Origin: a virus
Lineage: Duplodnaviria; Caudoviricetes
Strand: one strand, 5' to 3'
Virus record (IMG/VR): IMGVR_UViG_3300044724_002359
Coordinates: 1 to 34,725 of that record
Length of the DNA: 34,725 nt
In this document: positions 16,354-26,300 of the stretch, piece after piece
Numbering within the stretch: the stretch's first letter is position 1
How the letters are laid out: each line of letters starts with the position of its first letter
Notes under the pieces: model-generated
What the model saw: the letters and a program-made list of their open reading frames with translations, nothing else
Told to the model about the DNA's origin: nothing
Databases searched by the model: none
Position numbers and translations under genes: made by a program

Positions 16354-16453
16354 GTAATTAATAGGCTTACAGGGAGGTTCGAGTCCTCCCATTACTATTG
16401 GTTAGAGCCCGTAAGCGGATACCTCTAGCCGTCTAGACGGTGGGATAGACCAC
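16353..16453 (+). ncRNA. Structured capsid-gene leader: tRNA-like mini-element plus downstream hairpins
   Basis: AGTAAT(16353-58)/ATTACT(16391-96); GGAGG-TTCGAGT-CCTCC T-arm (16373-89); GGTTAGAG(16400-07)/CTCTAGCC(16423-30); GTCTA(16431-35)/TAGAC(16446-50). Confidence 0.65.
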
Positions 16454-16513
16454 GATACAAATTAAATACTTCTGACGTCAGAGGAATACGTACATAACAA
16501 CCTCTTTAAAACA

Positions 16514-17593
16514 ATGACTGCTACTGCTGGTACTCCTCCTAATAGTACCCCAACTCCGATTGGAAGTATTAACTCCAATCCTCAACTAGGTCTGTCCCAA
16601 GGTTATCCTGATGGGTCTGGTGCAGCAGGTGATAAATATGCCCTGTATCTCAAACTGTTTAGTGGCGAGATGTTCAAGGCTTATGAGTCTGCCTGTATCG
16701 CTAAAGGAACTGTTCAGAACCGTACTCTCCGTAATGGAAAGTCTCTGCAGTTCATCTTCACTGGCCGTATGACGGCTGATTACCACACCCCTGGAACTCC
16801 GATTCTTGGTAGTGGTGATCCTCCAGTGGCTGAGAAAACCATCATCATGGATGACCTGCTGATTTCTTCAGCGTTTGTTTATGACCTTGATGAGACTCTT
16901 GCTCACTACTCGCTTCGTTCTGAGATCTCCAAGAAGATTGGACATGCTCTTGCTGAAGCATATGACAAGAAAGTCTTCCGTACTATTGCACTTGCTGCAC
17001 GTGAAGCACATCCTGTGACTGCTGCTCCTGGCCCTGAGCCCGGTGGTTCTGTCATCAAGCTTGGTGCTAACAATCAGTACAATGCACAAGCACTCGTAGA
17101 TAGCTTCTTTGAAGCCGCGAGTATTTTGGATGAAAAGAATGTACCTCGTGATGGACGCACTGCTGTGCTTTCTCCACGTCAGTACTACGCTCTCGTCTCT
17201 CAAGTCGATAGCAACATCCTTAACCGTGACTACGGCAACAACCAAGGCAACCTGAACTCAGGTGATGGTCTCTATGAGATCGCCGGGATCTCTATCAAGC
17301 GTTCTAACAACCTGCCATTCATGGTGACTGGTGCTGGAACAGGTGGAGCTGCTGGTCACATCACTCGTGTTAACGGTGAGAACAATGACTACTCCGGTGA
17401 CTTCCGTACTTCCTGTGGACTTATCTACATGAAGGATGCTGCTGGTGTCGTTGAAGGTATTGGACCACAAGTCCAAACCACTGGTTCTGACGTTAAGACC
17501 ATGTACCAAGGTGACATCATCGTTGGTCGTATGGCTATGGGTGTCGGTACTTTGAATCCTGCTTGCGCCATTGAGCTGCGAGCAGAAGCCTGA
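16514..17593 (+). CDS. Major capsid protein (T7 gp10-like)
   Basis: ALYLKLFSGE, RTLRNGKSLQF, IGHALAEAYD, SPRQYYAL, SNNLP, LNPACAIEL motifs. Confidence 0.97.
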   Translation: MTATAGTPPNSTPTPIGSINSNPQLGLSQGYPDGSGAAGDKYALYLKLFSGEMFKAYESACIAKGTVQNRTLRNGKSLQFIFTGRMTADYHTPGTPILGSGDPPVAEKTIIMDDLLISSAFVYDLDETLAHYSLRSEISKKIGHALAEAYDKKVFRTIALAAREAHPVTAAPGPEPGGSVIKLGANNQYNAQALVDSFFEAASILDEKNVPRDGRTAVLSPRQYYALVSQVDSNILNRDYGNNQGNLNSGDGLYEIAGISIKRSNNLPFMVTGAGTGGAAGHITRVNGENNDYSGDFRTSCGLIYMKDAAGVVEGIGPQVQTTGSDVKTMYQGDIIVGRMAMGVGTLNPACAIELRAEA

Positions 17594-17597
17594 TAAA

Positions 17598-17603
17598 AGG
17601 AGG
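17598..17603 (+). promoter_or_regulatory. Strong Shine-Dalgarno AGGAGG
   Basis: AGGAGG lies 8 nt upstream of ATG 17612; most other genes here lack a clear SD. Confidence 0.75.
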
Positions 17604-17611
17604 AATTCATA

Positions 17612-17803
17612 ATGTCTTTGATTCCTGGTGTGACCCGGAAAGATACAACTACTGCTGGCCGCGTTGTTGGCACAGTTGCATCTTTGACTATGAATCCTCC
17701 TACCCCTCAAGAATACGGTCGCCTATCTGGTACTGCTGCTGATGGAAGTACTTCGACCGTAGCTTGTTGGGGTGGTGCAGGTGTAAACGCTACAACCCTT
17801 TAA
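17612..17803 (+). CDS. 63-aa small protein, candidate capsid-associated
   Basis: Strong SD; lies between the capsid gene and the terminator; Thr/Gly/Ala rich. Confidence 0.75.
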   Translation: MSLIPGVTRKDTTTAGRVVGTVASLTMNPPTPQEYGRLSGTAADGSTSTVACWGGAGVNATTL

Positions 17804-17806
17804 TAA

Positions 17807-18022
17807 ATGGCTAATCCAACAACTGCTGCTGGTGACAATGGTGTCTCCGGCTCTACAGCTGGTGTGTCTGGTGGTAATACTGCCATGCGTACTTCTGTAG
17901 CTAAGACTGAAAAGGGATACGGCTCTGCTGTATCTGCTTCAACTGTATACAGTGAGACTAAGAATCTTCGTTTCACATATCATCAAAGCGAATGCGACTC
18001 TCCCGCTCGGGACCGGTCGTAA
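17807..18022 (+). CDS. 71-aa small protein, candidate capsid-associated
   Basis: Starts 3 nt after the previous stop and ends just before the terminator. Confidence 0.72.
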   Translation: MANPTTAAGDNGVSGSTAGVSGGNTAMRTSVAKTEKGYGSAVSASTVYSETKNLRFTYHQSECDSPARDRS

Positions 18023-18028
18023 TAACAG

Positions 18029-18052
18029 GGGAGCTACGGCTCCCTTTTTTTT
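18029..18052 (+). terminator. Intrinsic terminator (T-phi position)
   Basis: GGGAGC-TACG-GCTCCC (cUACGg tetraloop) followed by T8, after the capsid block as in T7. Confidence 0.92.
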
Positions 18053-18074
18053 ATCCTTATTGAGAATATATCTC

Positions 18075-18719
18075 ATGACGCAATCTGGTCTAAATAAAAG
18101 TCAACGCGAACTACAAGCTATAAATCAAATACTAGAAAGCGTTGGGCAAGCTCCAGTCACCTCCCTTAATCTATCCAACCCGGACGTTGCGATCGCCAAC
18201 GATACCCTTAGTCAGGTATCAAGGGATGTGCAGGCAGAAGGATGGACTTTCAATAGGGAATATCATGTACTTCTTACTCCTGATAGTAATAAAGAAGTTA
18301 ACGTTACAGATGAGATGCTACAGATAGCTCTCAACACGGCTGAATCTCCTAACAATAAATACTATCGTGCAACTGTACGTACAAAAAATACTGGTGATGT
18401 ACAGAGAAAACTCTATGACATGATTCACCATACTTTTGAATGGTCATATCCAATCTACGTTGATATATTGTGGTATCACGAATTTGTTGCTATACCAGTA
18501 CCTGTACAGAGCTACATCATTGCTCGTGCATCAAAAATCTTTGCACAACGTACTGTTGGTTCACAAGAAATATCTTCACTTCTAGAAAGTCAAGAGATTA
18601 TGTGTCGTGCATACGCTCTTGAATATGACACCCAGCAAGTAGAGAGATCCTTCTTTGGTTATAATCAAGAAGGTCAGTTCTATACAAGCTATGAACCTAT
18701 GAATGCATTGAGGCGATAA
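18075..18719 (+). CDS. Tail tubular protein A (T7 gp11-like)
   Basis: ELQAINQILESVGQAPV, VQAEGWTFNRE, YIIARAS. Start moved to ATG 18075 because the track start at 17952 would span the terminator. Confidence 0.93.
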   Translation: MTQSGLNKSQRELQAINQILESVGQAPVTSLNLSNPDVAIANDTLSQVSRDVQAEGWTFNREYHVLLTPDSNKEVNVTDEMLQIALNTAESPNNKYYRATVRTKNTGDVQRKLYDMIHHTFEWSYPIYVDILWYHEFVAIPVPVQSYIIARASKIFAQRTVGSQEISSLLESQEIMCRAYALEYDTQQVERSFFGYNQEGQFYTSYEPMNALRR

Positions 18720-20956
18720 TGTCAGCAGTAACACAATCTATACCCTCATATATAGCTGGTGTGTCCCAAGAACCTGATGTCGCTATGCGACCAGGTTATC
18801 TAACTGAAATTAAGAATGGATACCCAGACTCTACATTCGGTCTTCAGAAACGACCTGGAGGAAAGTTAGAAAATATTATTGTAGATACGTCATCAGTGGT
18901 GGTTGATGCTTCTACTTTAACTGGTGCTTATTGGTTTTCTATTATTAAAGATAACCAGCCTGCATACTTTGGCTGTGTAGTACCTGCTGCATATAGTGGC
19001 ACTACCTTAACAACATTAGGTGAAGTAAGAATCTGGAATAGTACAACAGGTGTTGAATGCTCAGTAACTTATGAAGCTAGTTCTGGTCCCGGTAGTTTAG
19101 TCTCACCTAATACAAATACTACTAGAGATTATCTTACTAGTGCCAATACAGATGATTATAAGATCATTACTATTGATAAGACTTCAACTCTTCTAAACAG
19201 AACTTCTACAGTAACTGCAAGCACAACAAACACTCCAGGCACAACACCAACATCATATTCTAATTTTGCTAATTTACCTACTTCTCCTTCAGTTAATGAT
19301 ATTGCTCAGATTAAGAACTCTGAGAATACAGAAAAAGATGATTATTACTTGAAATGGGATGGTACTTCATGGGTTGAAGTTGCTAAGCCTGGTATCTCTG
19401 ATGGTTTTAATAACTGGACAGCTCCACACTCGATCAGTAATACAGCTGAAAATACATTTGTTGTAAAAGAAGCTAACTATAGTGATCGATTGGCTGGTGA
19501 TGACACTACAATGCCACAACCAAGTTTTGTTGGCACAACTATTCAAGATGTATTCTTTTACTTTAATAGAGTAGGATTTTTATCACAAGACAATGTAATT
19601 CTATCTGCTAGTCTTCGTCCTGAATATACGAATGCACTTGCACAAGATATTAATTTCTTTAGCAAGTCTGCACAGATCTCTATTGCCTCTGATCCTATTG
19701 ATTTAAATGCAGCAAGTGTTCGTGCTGTGTCTTTATATTCTGTACAGCCATCCCGTGCTGGACTTGTTCTCTTTGGTAATGGTGAGCAGTTCTTTCTCTA
19801 CGCAGAGCAAGGAACTCTATCTCCACTGACAGCAGAAGTTAAAAGCGTATCTACATATGAAGTAGATAGCATTATTCCTGTTGTTGAATTAGGAGATGAA
19901 ATCTATTTTACCTCTAAGACACCACGATATACACGTGTCTTTAGAATGATGAATAGAGGCACAGAAGAGACACCGATTGTAGAAGAAGTTAGTAAGATTG
20001 TGCAAGAGTATGTTCCTAGCACAATTAACAATGTTAGATCTAATACACAGAATCAATTAATTGGTCTTTCGTCTAAGGATGAAAACTACGTTTGGTTCTA
20101 TAGACAGTTTTTACAGAATGGACAGAGAGCACTACAGTCTTGGTTTAGGTGGTACTTCTTAGGTAAGGTACTAACCTTTAATTTCTTTACTGATAATATG
20201 TATGCAGTCATTGAATTGACTGACAACAAGATCGCTATCATTAGGATGTCTCTTAACAAAGATCCTGATGGTGACTTGTTGACAAGTGTTGTTAACCCTA
20301 ATCCAACAATACACCCTGTCGTAGGTATTGGTCCTAATATTGATCTATGGACAAATAGCACTAGCACTCCTACATACGATATACCTACTAATAAAACAAC
20401 GATTCCATTACCTACTAATTATCCTGCTTTAGCTGGTGATACATATAAACCTATTGTCATTCTATCTGAATCGGCTAGTGGTTCTAGTTCTACTGTATCA
20501 ACACAAGCAGGTACTTACTTTGATGCAACTGTTACTGGAACAAACTTTATTGTAGAGGGAGATCTAACCACTGTTGCTAATAAGATAGTACTTGGATATA
20601 AGTATGATATGGAGCTAAAGCTACCCACTACATACTTTAGAAATCAGAATGGTATTGCTGACTTCACTGCATCATTAGTGATCTCTAGATACAAATTTTC
20701 CTTTGCATCTACTGGACTAGTTACCTTTAAAATAAGTGGTTATTCATCTTATGATGCTAATTACGCGGTACTTAATCCACAGTTTTATCCTGCCAACTCA
20801 TTACCTGTCTACGATGAAGTCACATTTGACTTACCTTTACATATGAGAAATGAATTTTTCAATTTAACTATTTTTAGTGATACACCTTTTCCTTCATCAT
20901 TGATGCGTATGGATTGGGAAGGAAACTATAACCCACGATATTTTAGGAGGACTTAA
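18719..20956 (+). CDS. Tail tubular protein B (T7 gp12-like)
   Basis: QSIPSYIAGVSQEPD, GLQKRPG, PSFVG, FFYFNRVGFLS, SWFRW, DWEGNY. Confidence 0.93.
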   Translation: MSAVTQSIPSYIAGVSQEPDVAMRPGYLTEIKNGYPDSTFGLQKRPGGKLENIIVDTSSVVVDASTLTGAYWFSIIKDNQPAYFGCVVPAAYSGTTLTTLGEVRIWNSTTGVECSVTYEASSGPGSLVSPNTNTTRDYLTSANTDDYKIITIDKTSTLLNRTSTVTASTTNTPGTTPTSYSNFANLPTSPSVNDIAQIKNSENTEKDDYYLKWDGTSWVEVAKPGISDGFNNWTAPHSISNTAENTFVVKEANYSDRLAGDDTTMPQPSFVGTTIQDVFFYFNRVGFLSQDNVILSASLRPEYTNALAQDINFFSKSAQISIASDPIDLNAASVRAVSLYSVQPSRAGLVLFGNGEQFFLYAEQGTLSPLTAEVKSVSTYEVDSIIPVVELGDEIYFTSKTPRYTRVFRMMNRGTEETPIVEEVSKIVQEYVPSTINNVRSNTQNQLIGLSSKDENYVWFYRQFLQNGQRALQSWFRWYFLGKVLTFNFFTDNMYAVIELTDNKIAIIRMSLNKDPDGDLLTSVVNPNPTIHPVVGIGPNIDLWTNSTSTPTYDIPTNKTTIPLPTNYPALAGDTYKPIVILSESASGSSSTVSTQAGTYFDATVTGTNFIVEGDLTTVANKIVLGYKYDMELKLPTTYFRNQNGIADFTASLVISRYKFSFASTGLVTFKISGYSSYDANYAVLNPQFYPANSLPVYDEVTFDLPLHMRNEFFNLTIFSDTPFPSSLMRMDWEGNYNPRYFRRT

Positions 20957-20958
20957 TT

Positions 20959-23346
20959 ATGGCAGCATGGGTAGTACCGCTTATAGCAACAGCAGCAAGT
21001 ACTGCTATTGGTATGGCAGCAGGTGGTCAACAGGACTCTGCTAATAAACAAGCTGTAGAAGAGCAGTATAAATATGATAAGGAAAAATATAAGTATGATG
21101 CTGCTCGTGCACAAGATCAGTATATCTTCAATCAAAACGAAGTAAATATAGCTCGTGCTAATAATGAGAATGAGTTAAGGTATCGAGAAACATTAGATAA
21201 ACAGAACTACACTGCTCAAATGGAGCAACGTAGGGATAACTTCTTAGCTCAGAAAAATGCATATACACAATCAGAGAAAGACTATGCAGACTATAAAGAT
21301 TTAAATTCACGTATCAGGACTAATGCAGAGCTGCAAACTCAAAATAAATTATCCGAAAACCTTACCTCATTAGATTATGCTAATCAGGGGCAAAAGGTAC
21401 AGGAATTACAAGCAGCTCTTGGCTTAAACATTAAGCAAAAAACAAACAATGTAGCAGCTAAATCTGGTAGAAGGGATTTAAATTTAGCTAAACAAATAAA
21501 TAATAGGCAGTTTGATCAAACTACACGGCAACTTAACAGACAGCAGGATTATACTGATAGCAGTAGAAGAGAAGCAACCAGTCTGAAAAATATTGCAGGC
21601 AGAGAACTAACAAATGACAAAAATATTAACGAACTAGCTAGAATCCGACAAAACAATGCTTTAACATTTGATACCAGTTTAAATGTTTTAGCTGCAAGTC
21701 AAGCTAATGAGAATGCAGAAGATACCTATGGTGACGCTAAACTTCTTGTTGGTCAAAATCAAGATGAGTTAAGGTCAGTATATGCAAACCAGCAACTACA
21801 AAATGATTTTAGTAATGAAAATGCTGAACTTAAATATGATGCTAGTAAGCTAAATAATGATCAGGCTAAAAAAATTAATACATTAAATAGATCAAAGACT
21901 GAGTTGTCTATCAAAGCTGAAAAACAGAATGTAGCATTAGATACTATTGAACGCAAGGCTAGACAAACTGATACCCGACTTGATTTAGAAGATCTTTTCA
22001 GTACTCAGCAGGTAGAGTTTGCTCAATCTATTGATGATTTAACTGATCAAGAACGGTATCAATTATTTGAACAAGATACTAATATTGAGAATTTATCTGG
22101 TGATCTTAAAACATTAAAGATCCAACATGATACAGATATGTCGGCTCGTAGATTTGAGCAAGAGGGAGCAAGGCTTGCTGCACTTGAAGCAGAGGGCAAT
22201 CTTTCTGCACAAGGAAGGCGTGGTGCTTCTGCTGCACGTACTATCGCTACGGTGCTTGCTGCAGCTGGTAGACAACAAGCACAGCTAGCTGATTCTATCT
22301 TGCGTGGTACAAAACTTTTTGATCAGCAGAAGCTTAATTTGGAAGGTAAGTCTGCTAGAGCAGGAGAACTGAAAAAATTATTTGAAGCATCAACTACACG
22401 AAAAAAAGGCGATGTTACTGAGATTGAAGAACGGAGAGAGATTGATTATGAACGAGAGACTAAACAATCAAAGGATACTGATACTAGGACTGACAGTCGA
22501 AAAACTAGTTTAGATAAAATATTTGCAGAACAAGTAACGATGGCAAAGGATGAAGAGACTTTGCGTAATAAACAGCTAGATGCTCAGAGCACTCAACGTA
22601 AGACTGAACAAGATAGTACTATTGATCAGAATAAACGTTTAGAGGCACAGCAGTTACTGGATAGAGATCGTAAGATCGAGGATCAAAATGAGAATCTAGC
22701 AAGAGCACTTCTTGATAAGGATCGTTCTATACGGCAAACAGATGCAACTAGAGATCTGAAAAATAGTTATAATACCCAAAAGAAAAAGCAAGTAAAATAT
22801 GAGTTTAATTTAAATAATAATAAGTTAAATCAAAATAACCAACGCTTAATGGCATCATTAAATGCTAATTTACGGAAGCTTGGTATTGATGATAGTAGTA
22901 TTAAAAATCAGCGTACAGCTGCTACTGAGGACTTTAAGACAGCTGAGACGATGGCTGCTAATGATTACAAAGATGTTAAAGCTCAATGGAATATTGGTAA
23001 TGAGGAAATTGCTAATGCAAGCAAGATCAATACATTCAATACGGAACTTAGAAAGAACGAATATAAGTCTTCTAAACAGTCCGCTAGGAAAGCTGCTAAC
23101 GCTAATATGAGGGGTATTGCAATCGATGAATACTCAGCAAACCTCACAGCTGATAAACAGCGTCTACCTGAGCCTGAGAGGGCTCCTAAGCCACCCAAAC
23201 CTATCAGTTATCCACGTACATTCTTCCAAGATCCTATGGCTCCTGTAGCAGCACCTAAGCCTATTAAAGGTGTAGCAAATACCTCCAATATGCTTGGTGC
23301 AGCCGCAACAGGTATAGGGAAATTAGCAAGTATCGATTTTAGTTAG
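20959..23346 (+). CDS. Internal virion protein, gp14-like, very long coiled coil
   Basis: First of three genes between tail B and tail fibre; hydrophobic A/G-rich N-terminus; Q/N/K/E-rich helical body; Pro-rich C-terminus. Confidence 0.7.
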   Translation: MAAWVVPLIATAASTAIGMAAGGQQDSANKQAVEEQYKYDKEKYKYDAARAQDQYIFNQNEVNIARANNENELRYRETLDKQNYTAQMEQRRDNFLAQKNAYTQSEKDYADYKDLNSRIRTNAELQTQNKLSENLTSLDYANQGQKVQELQAALGLNIKQKTNNVAAKSGRRDLNLAKQINNRQFDQTTRQLNRQQDYTDSSRREATSLKNIAGRELTNDKNINELARIRQNNALTFDTSLNVLAASQANENAEDTYGDAKLLVGQNQDELRSVYANQQLQNDFSNENAELKYDASKLNNDQAKKINTLNRSKTELSIKAEKQNVALDTIERKARQTDTRLDLEDLFSTQQVEFAQSIDDLTDQERYQLFEQDTNIENLSGDLKTLKIQHDTDMSARRFEQEGARLAALEAEGNLSAQGRRGASAARTIATVLAAAGRQQAQLADSILRGTKLFDQQKLNLEGKSARAGELKKLFEASTTRKKGDVTEIEERREIDYERETKQSKDTDTRTDSRKTSLDKIFAEQVTMAKDEETLRNKQLDAQSTQRKTEQDSTIDQNKRLEAQQLLDRDRKIEDQNENLARALLDKDRSIRQTDATRDLKNSYNTQKKKQVKYEFNLNNNKLNQNNQRLMASLNANLRKLGIDDSSIKNQRTAATEDFKTAETMAANDYKDVKAQWNIGNEEIANASKINTFNTELRKNEYKSSKQSARKAANANMRGIAIDEYSANLTADKQRLPEPERAPKPPKPISYPRTFFQDPMAPVAAPKPIKGVANTSNMLGAAATGIGKLASIDFS

Positions 23347-23363
23347 TAATTAATTCAAAGCTT

Positions 23364-26300
23364 ATGGCATTCCAATCATTTGGCTCCTACGGGAGATTTC
23401 AACAAACTCCTTTCCCTGACAGAGCCAGAAAGATTCTGGAAGAACAAAGGGCGAGGAGTATTAATGAACAAAATTATCAACAACAGTTAGATCGACAAAA
23501 TCAAAGTTACCTTGAGGTGATGCGCGAAAAGCTTGCTGCTGAACGTGAGAATCGTAGACGTAACTTTGATTATGAAAACTCATTAAAGAAACAGCAACAA
23601 GATGCTGTAGAGCGAAACAATAAACAGAAACAAGCTAATGCCACTAATCAGGCAGCTAACCAAGCTGCTATGTACACTGCATTAGCAGATATTTCTAGTG
23701 CTGCAGCGGAGAAAGCTGGTGAGTATTTTGCAGAACAGCAAAAGAAAAAGGATGAAACGCAAGCAGCAAAAGATCAACAAGCATTCGAGAACCTGAACCC
23801 AATTGCTAAGTTGGCTCAAGGTGCTTCACTACAGTATGCAGAAAACCAACAAGAACTTGCAACTGCTAATGCGTCAAGTGTTGTAAATGGAATGCTTGAT
23901 TCAGGTAAAGCTGCAGAAGCTGAGAAATTAGATAAAGCGTTAAACGGCCCAACTTATAGTGTTCTTGGTAGACAACTTAATGCTTCATCTACCGCCAAAA
24001 ATCTACCTTTAATTTTTGAGCAATTTAAAGCAAGCGGTTATACCTTACCTATTACTGACCCAATAACTGGTAATACTGTAAGAATGACACTAGCTGAAGC
24101 TGAGCAAAAGGGTATTGAATACGGTGCTCAAGCTATTAGATTAGTTACTAATTCTATAGGTAATGCTTTAGCGGGTGCGGATGCTAACCAAGCATTCATG
24201 CGAAAGTATTATTATGACATCGCACGAGATACAGAGAGAAGGTATCTTAATAGAATTGCACTTCAGCAAAACGAACGTGCTGCTGCAGAACTTAAAACGA
24301 GACAGAATAATACACTTAATTCCAAGATTATTGTAGGTTTAAATACTGAAGATCCTTTTGCTCTATCTACTATTATTAGTAGCGAAGCTGTTGCATCTGG
24401 TAAACAACCTGGTATTTATAGGGATAGTGTTGTCTTTCCTAGAATCCAATCAATGCTCGAACTTGGTGCATTTGATTCTAATATTGATGAGGTAGAGCAA
24501 CAGATCTTAGGTCAAACACTTGTTCTAGATGATGGTAATGAAGTTACTGTTGCTCAACTGGCAGAGAATGGTAATGCTCAAGCATTGGCTTTAAGAGAAA
24601 GCTTTGAACAAAGAAGTAGAAACCAGGAGTCTGTCAGACAGCAGACAAACAAATCTCGTATGACTGAAGAAGTTAATGCTTTGGTTGATGCTGCTTTATC
24701 AAATGATGGTAGATTTGATCAGAGAGAATTTACTGATATTAGATCCAAGATTGCTGAAAGTTATAGGGATGACCCTTTGGTTTATCGAGCAGCTATAGAT
24801 TTAGTAGGTGCATATGATCCAGGTGCAGTAGATAAGATTAATAAGGAAACTGCTTATTTAGATCTTAAGACAAAAGCAGAAGAAGGTGATCTTTCTAACC
24901 TTGAACTTCAACAAAATGAAGCCTGGTTAAATGATGCTCAAAAAAAAGAGCTTGCATCTTTTATGATTGTTTCTGGAGCTAAACCAGGTGAAGGCTATAG
25001 CCGTAGTGATTTTGAGTCACAGGCAAGAAAGCTATTTAAAAAAGCATTAGGTAGTGAAAGTACTACAACTATTGATCACCATAGCATTGATTGGGCTGTA
25101 ACAACAGCTGGATCTTTGTACATGAAAACATTTCAAGATTACGTTAATGACCCAAAACTTACAATTGAACAAGCACAACAAAGAGCTAGGTCCGATGCGC
25201 TTAATGACATCATGGGTTATCTTAAGCCTGGCAACACTTTTTATGTAGTTCCATCAGATGAAGCAAAGGGTACACAGGCTTACTTTGAGAACTTTAGTGT
25301 TGGAGGATCAACCTTTCAACGAGATAATGTTAACAATCAATTAAAAGCCATTGCTAATAACCCACAAGTTTTAGAAACCAATCTATACCTTGGTGCAACC
25401 TATATTCAAGATGTCAAGGATGATGTTCTAAATGGACGTCGTGTTACTTACAGTCCTTGGGTTTTAAATGTAGCCAAGCAACAAAATCTTAAACCCTATC
25501 AGGTGCTAAATGCACAACTGAAAGCTGCGAAGATGGACGCAGAAATACAACCGGGTAGTTATGACTTGCTAAGTGAAAGATCAGTACCTAATCCAAGGCT
25601 ACAGTCTCTCCTTAAGGCACCAACTCAATATCGCGTTAATGCTGCCATTGTAGGTAGCGGTAACTCACCTGCAACTGTCTACTCAAGAGGAGATGCTATC
25701 GGAGTAGCAAGAGCAGCAAAGTTCAAATCACCTGCATTACTTGGTCTTCTTTATGATGAAGGTGCAGTGGAATTTAATAAGAGTAGTTATCCAGCACCAT
25801 TAAAAAGATGGCAATCTTTGATTGAAAAATCATCTGCTAAATATGGAATACCATCCAATCTTTTAGCGGCAAAGATTTTCATTGAATCTAATGGTAATCC
25901 TAACGCTACATCATCTGCAGGTGCGATGGGTCTTGGTCAAATTATGCAGGACTCTCATCCTAATTACAGAGGTGGTTATGATCCAGCTGCAAATGTAGAT
26001 TATAGTGCAAAATTTTTCTCTGAACTTATTCAGGAGTTCGGTGATCCTGTAATTGCAGCTGGTGCATATAATGCTGGTAATGGTCGTATGAATGAATACA
26101 TCAATTCTGGTAGACCGTTGCCACAAGAAACGGAGAATCATATGAAAAAGTTTGAGGACGCTCTTCAATTGATTGGTGGCTCTCCTTTGCAACAAGTAGC
26201 AACGATGATGTCTAGCCTTAGCAAGAACCCTTCATACGCTAATGCACAGACACATGCTGAGGTATTAAATTCAATGGTTGAAGCTGGTCTTGTTAGTGCT

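Noticed and set aside
16340-16400. A bona fide tRNA gene suggested by GGTTCGAGTCC
   Set aside because: No room for D and anticodon arms and no CCA; kept only as a tRNA-like element.
17591-17809. Stop-codon readthrough fusing the capsid to the two downstream ORFs, which are all in the same frame
   Set aside because: Both junctions have double stops (TGA-TAA, TAA-TAA), and the first downstream ORF has its own strong SD.
17952-18074. N-terminal extension of tail tubular A from the track start
   Set aside because: It would run through the preceding gene and the terminator; similarity starts after ATG 18075.
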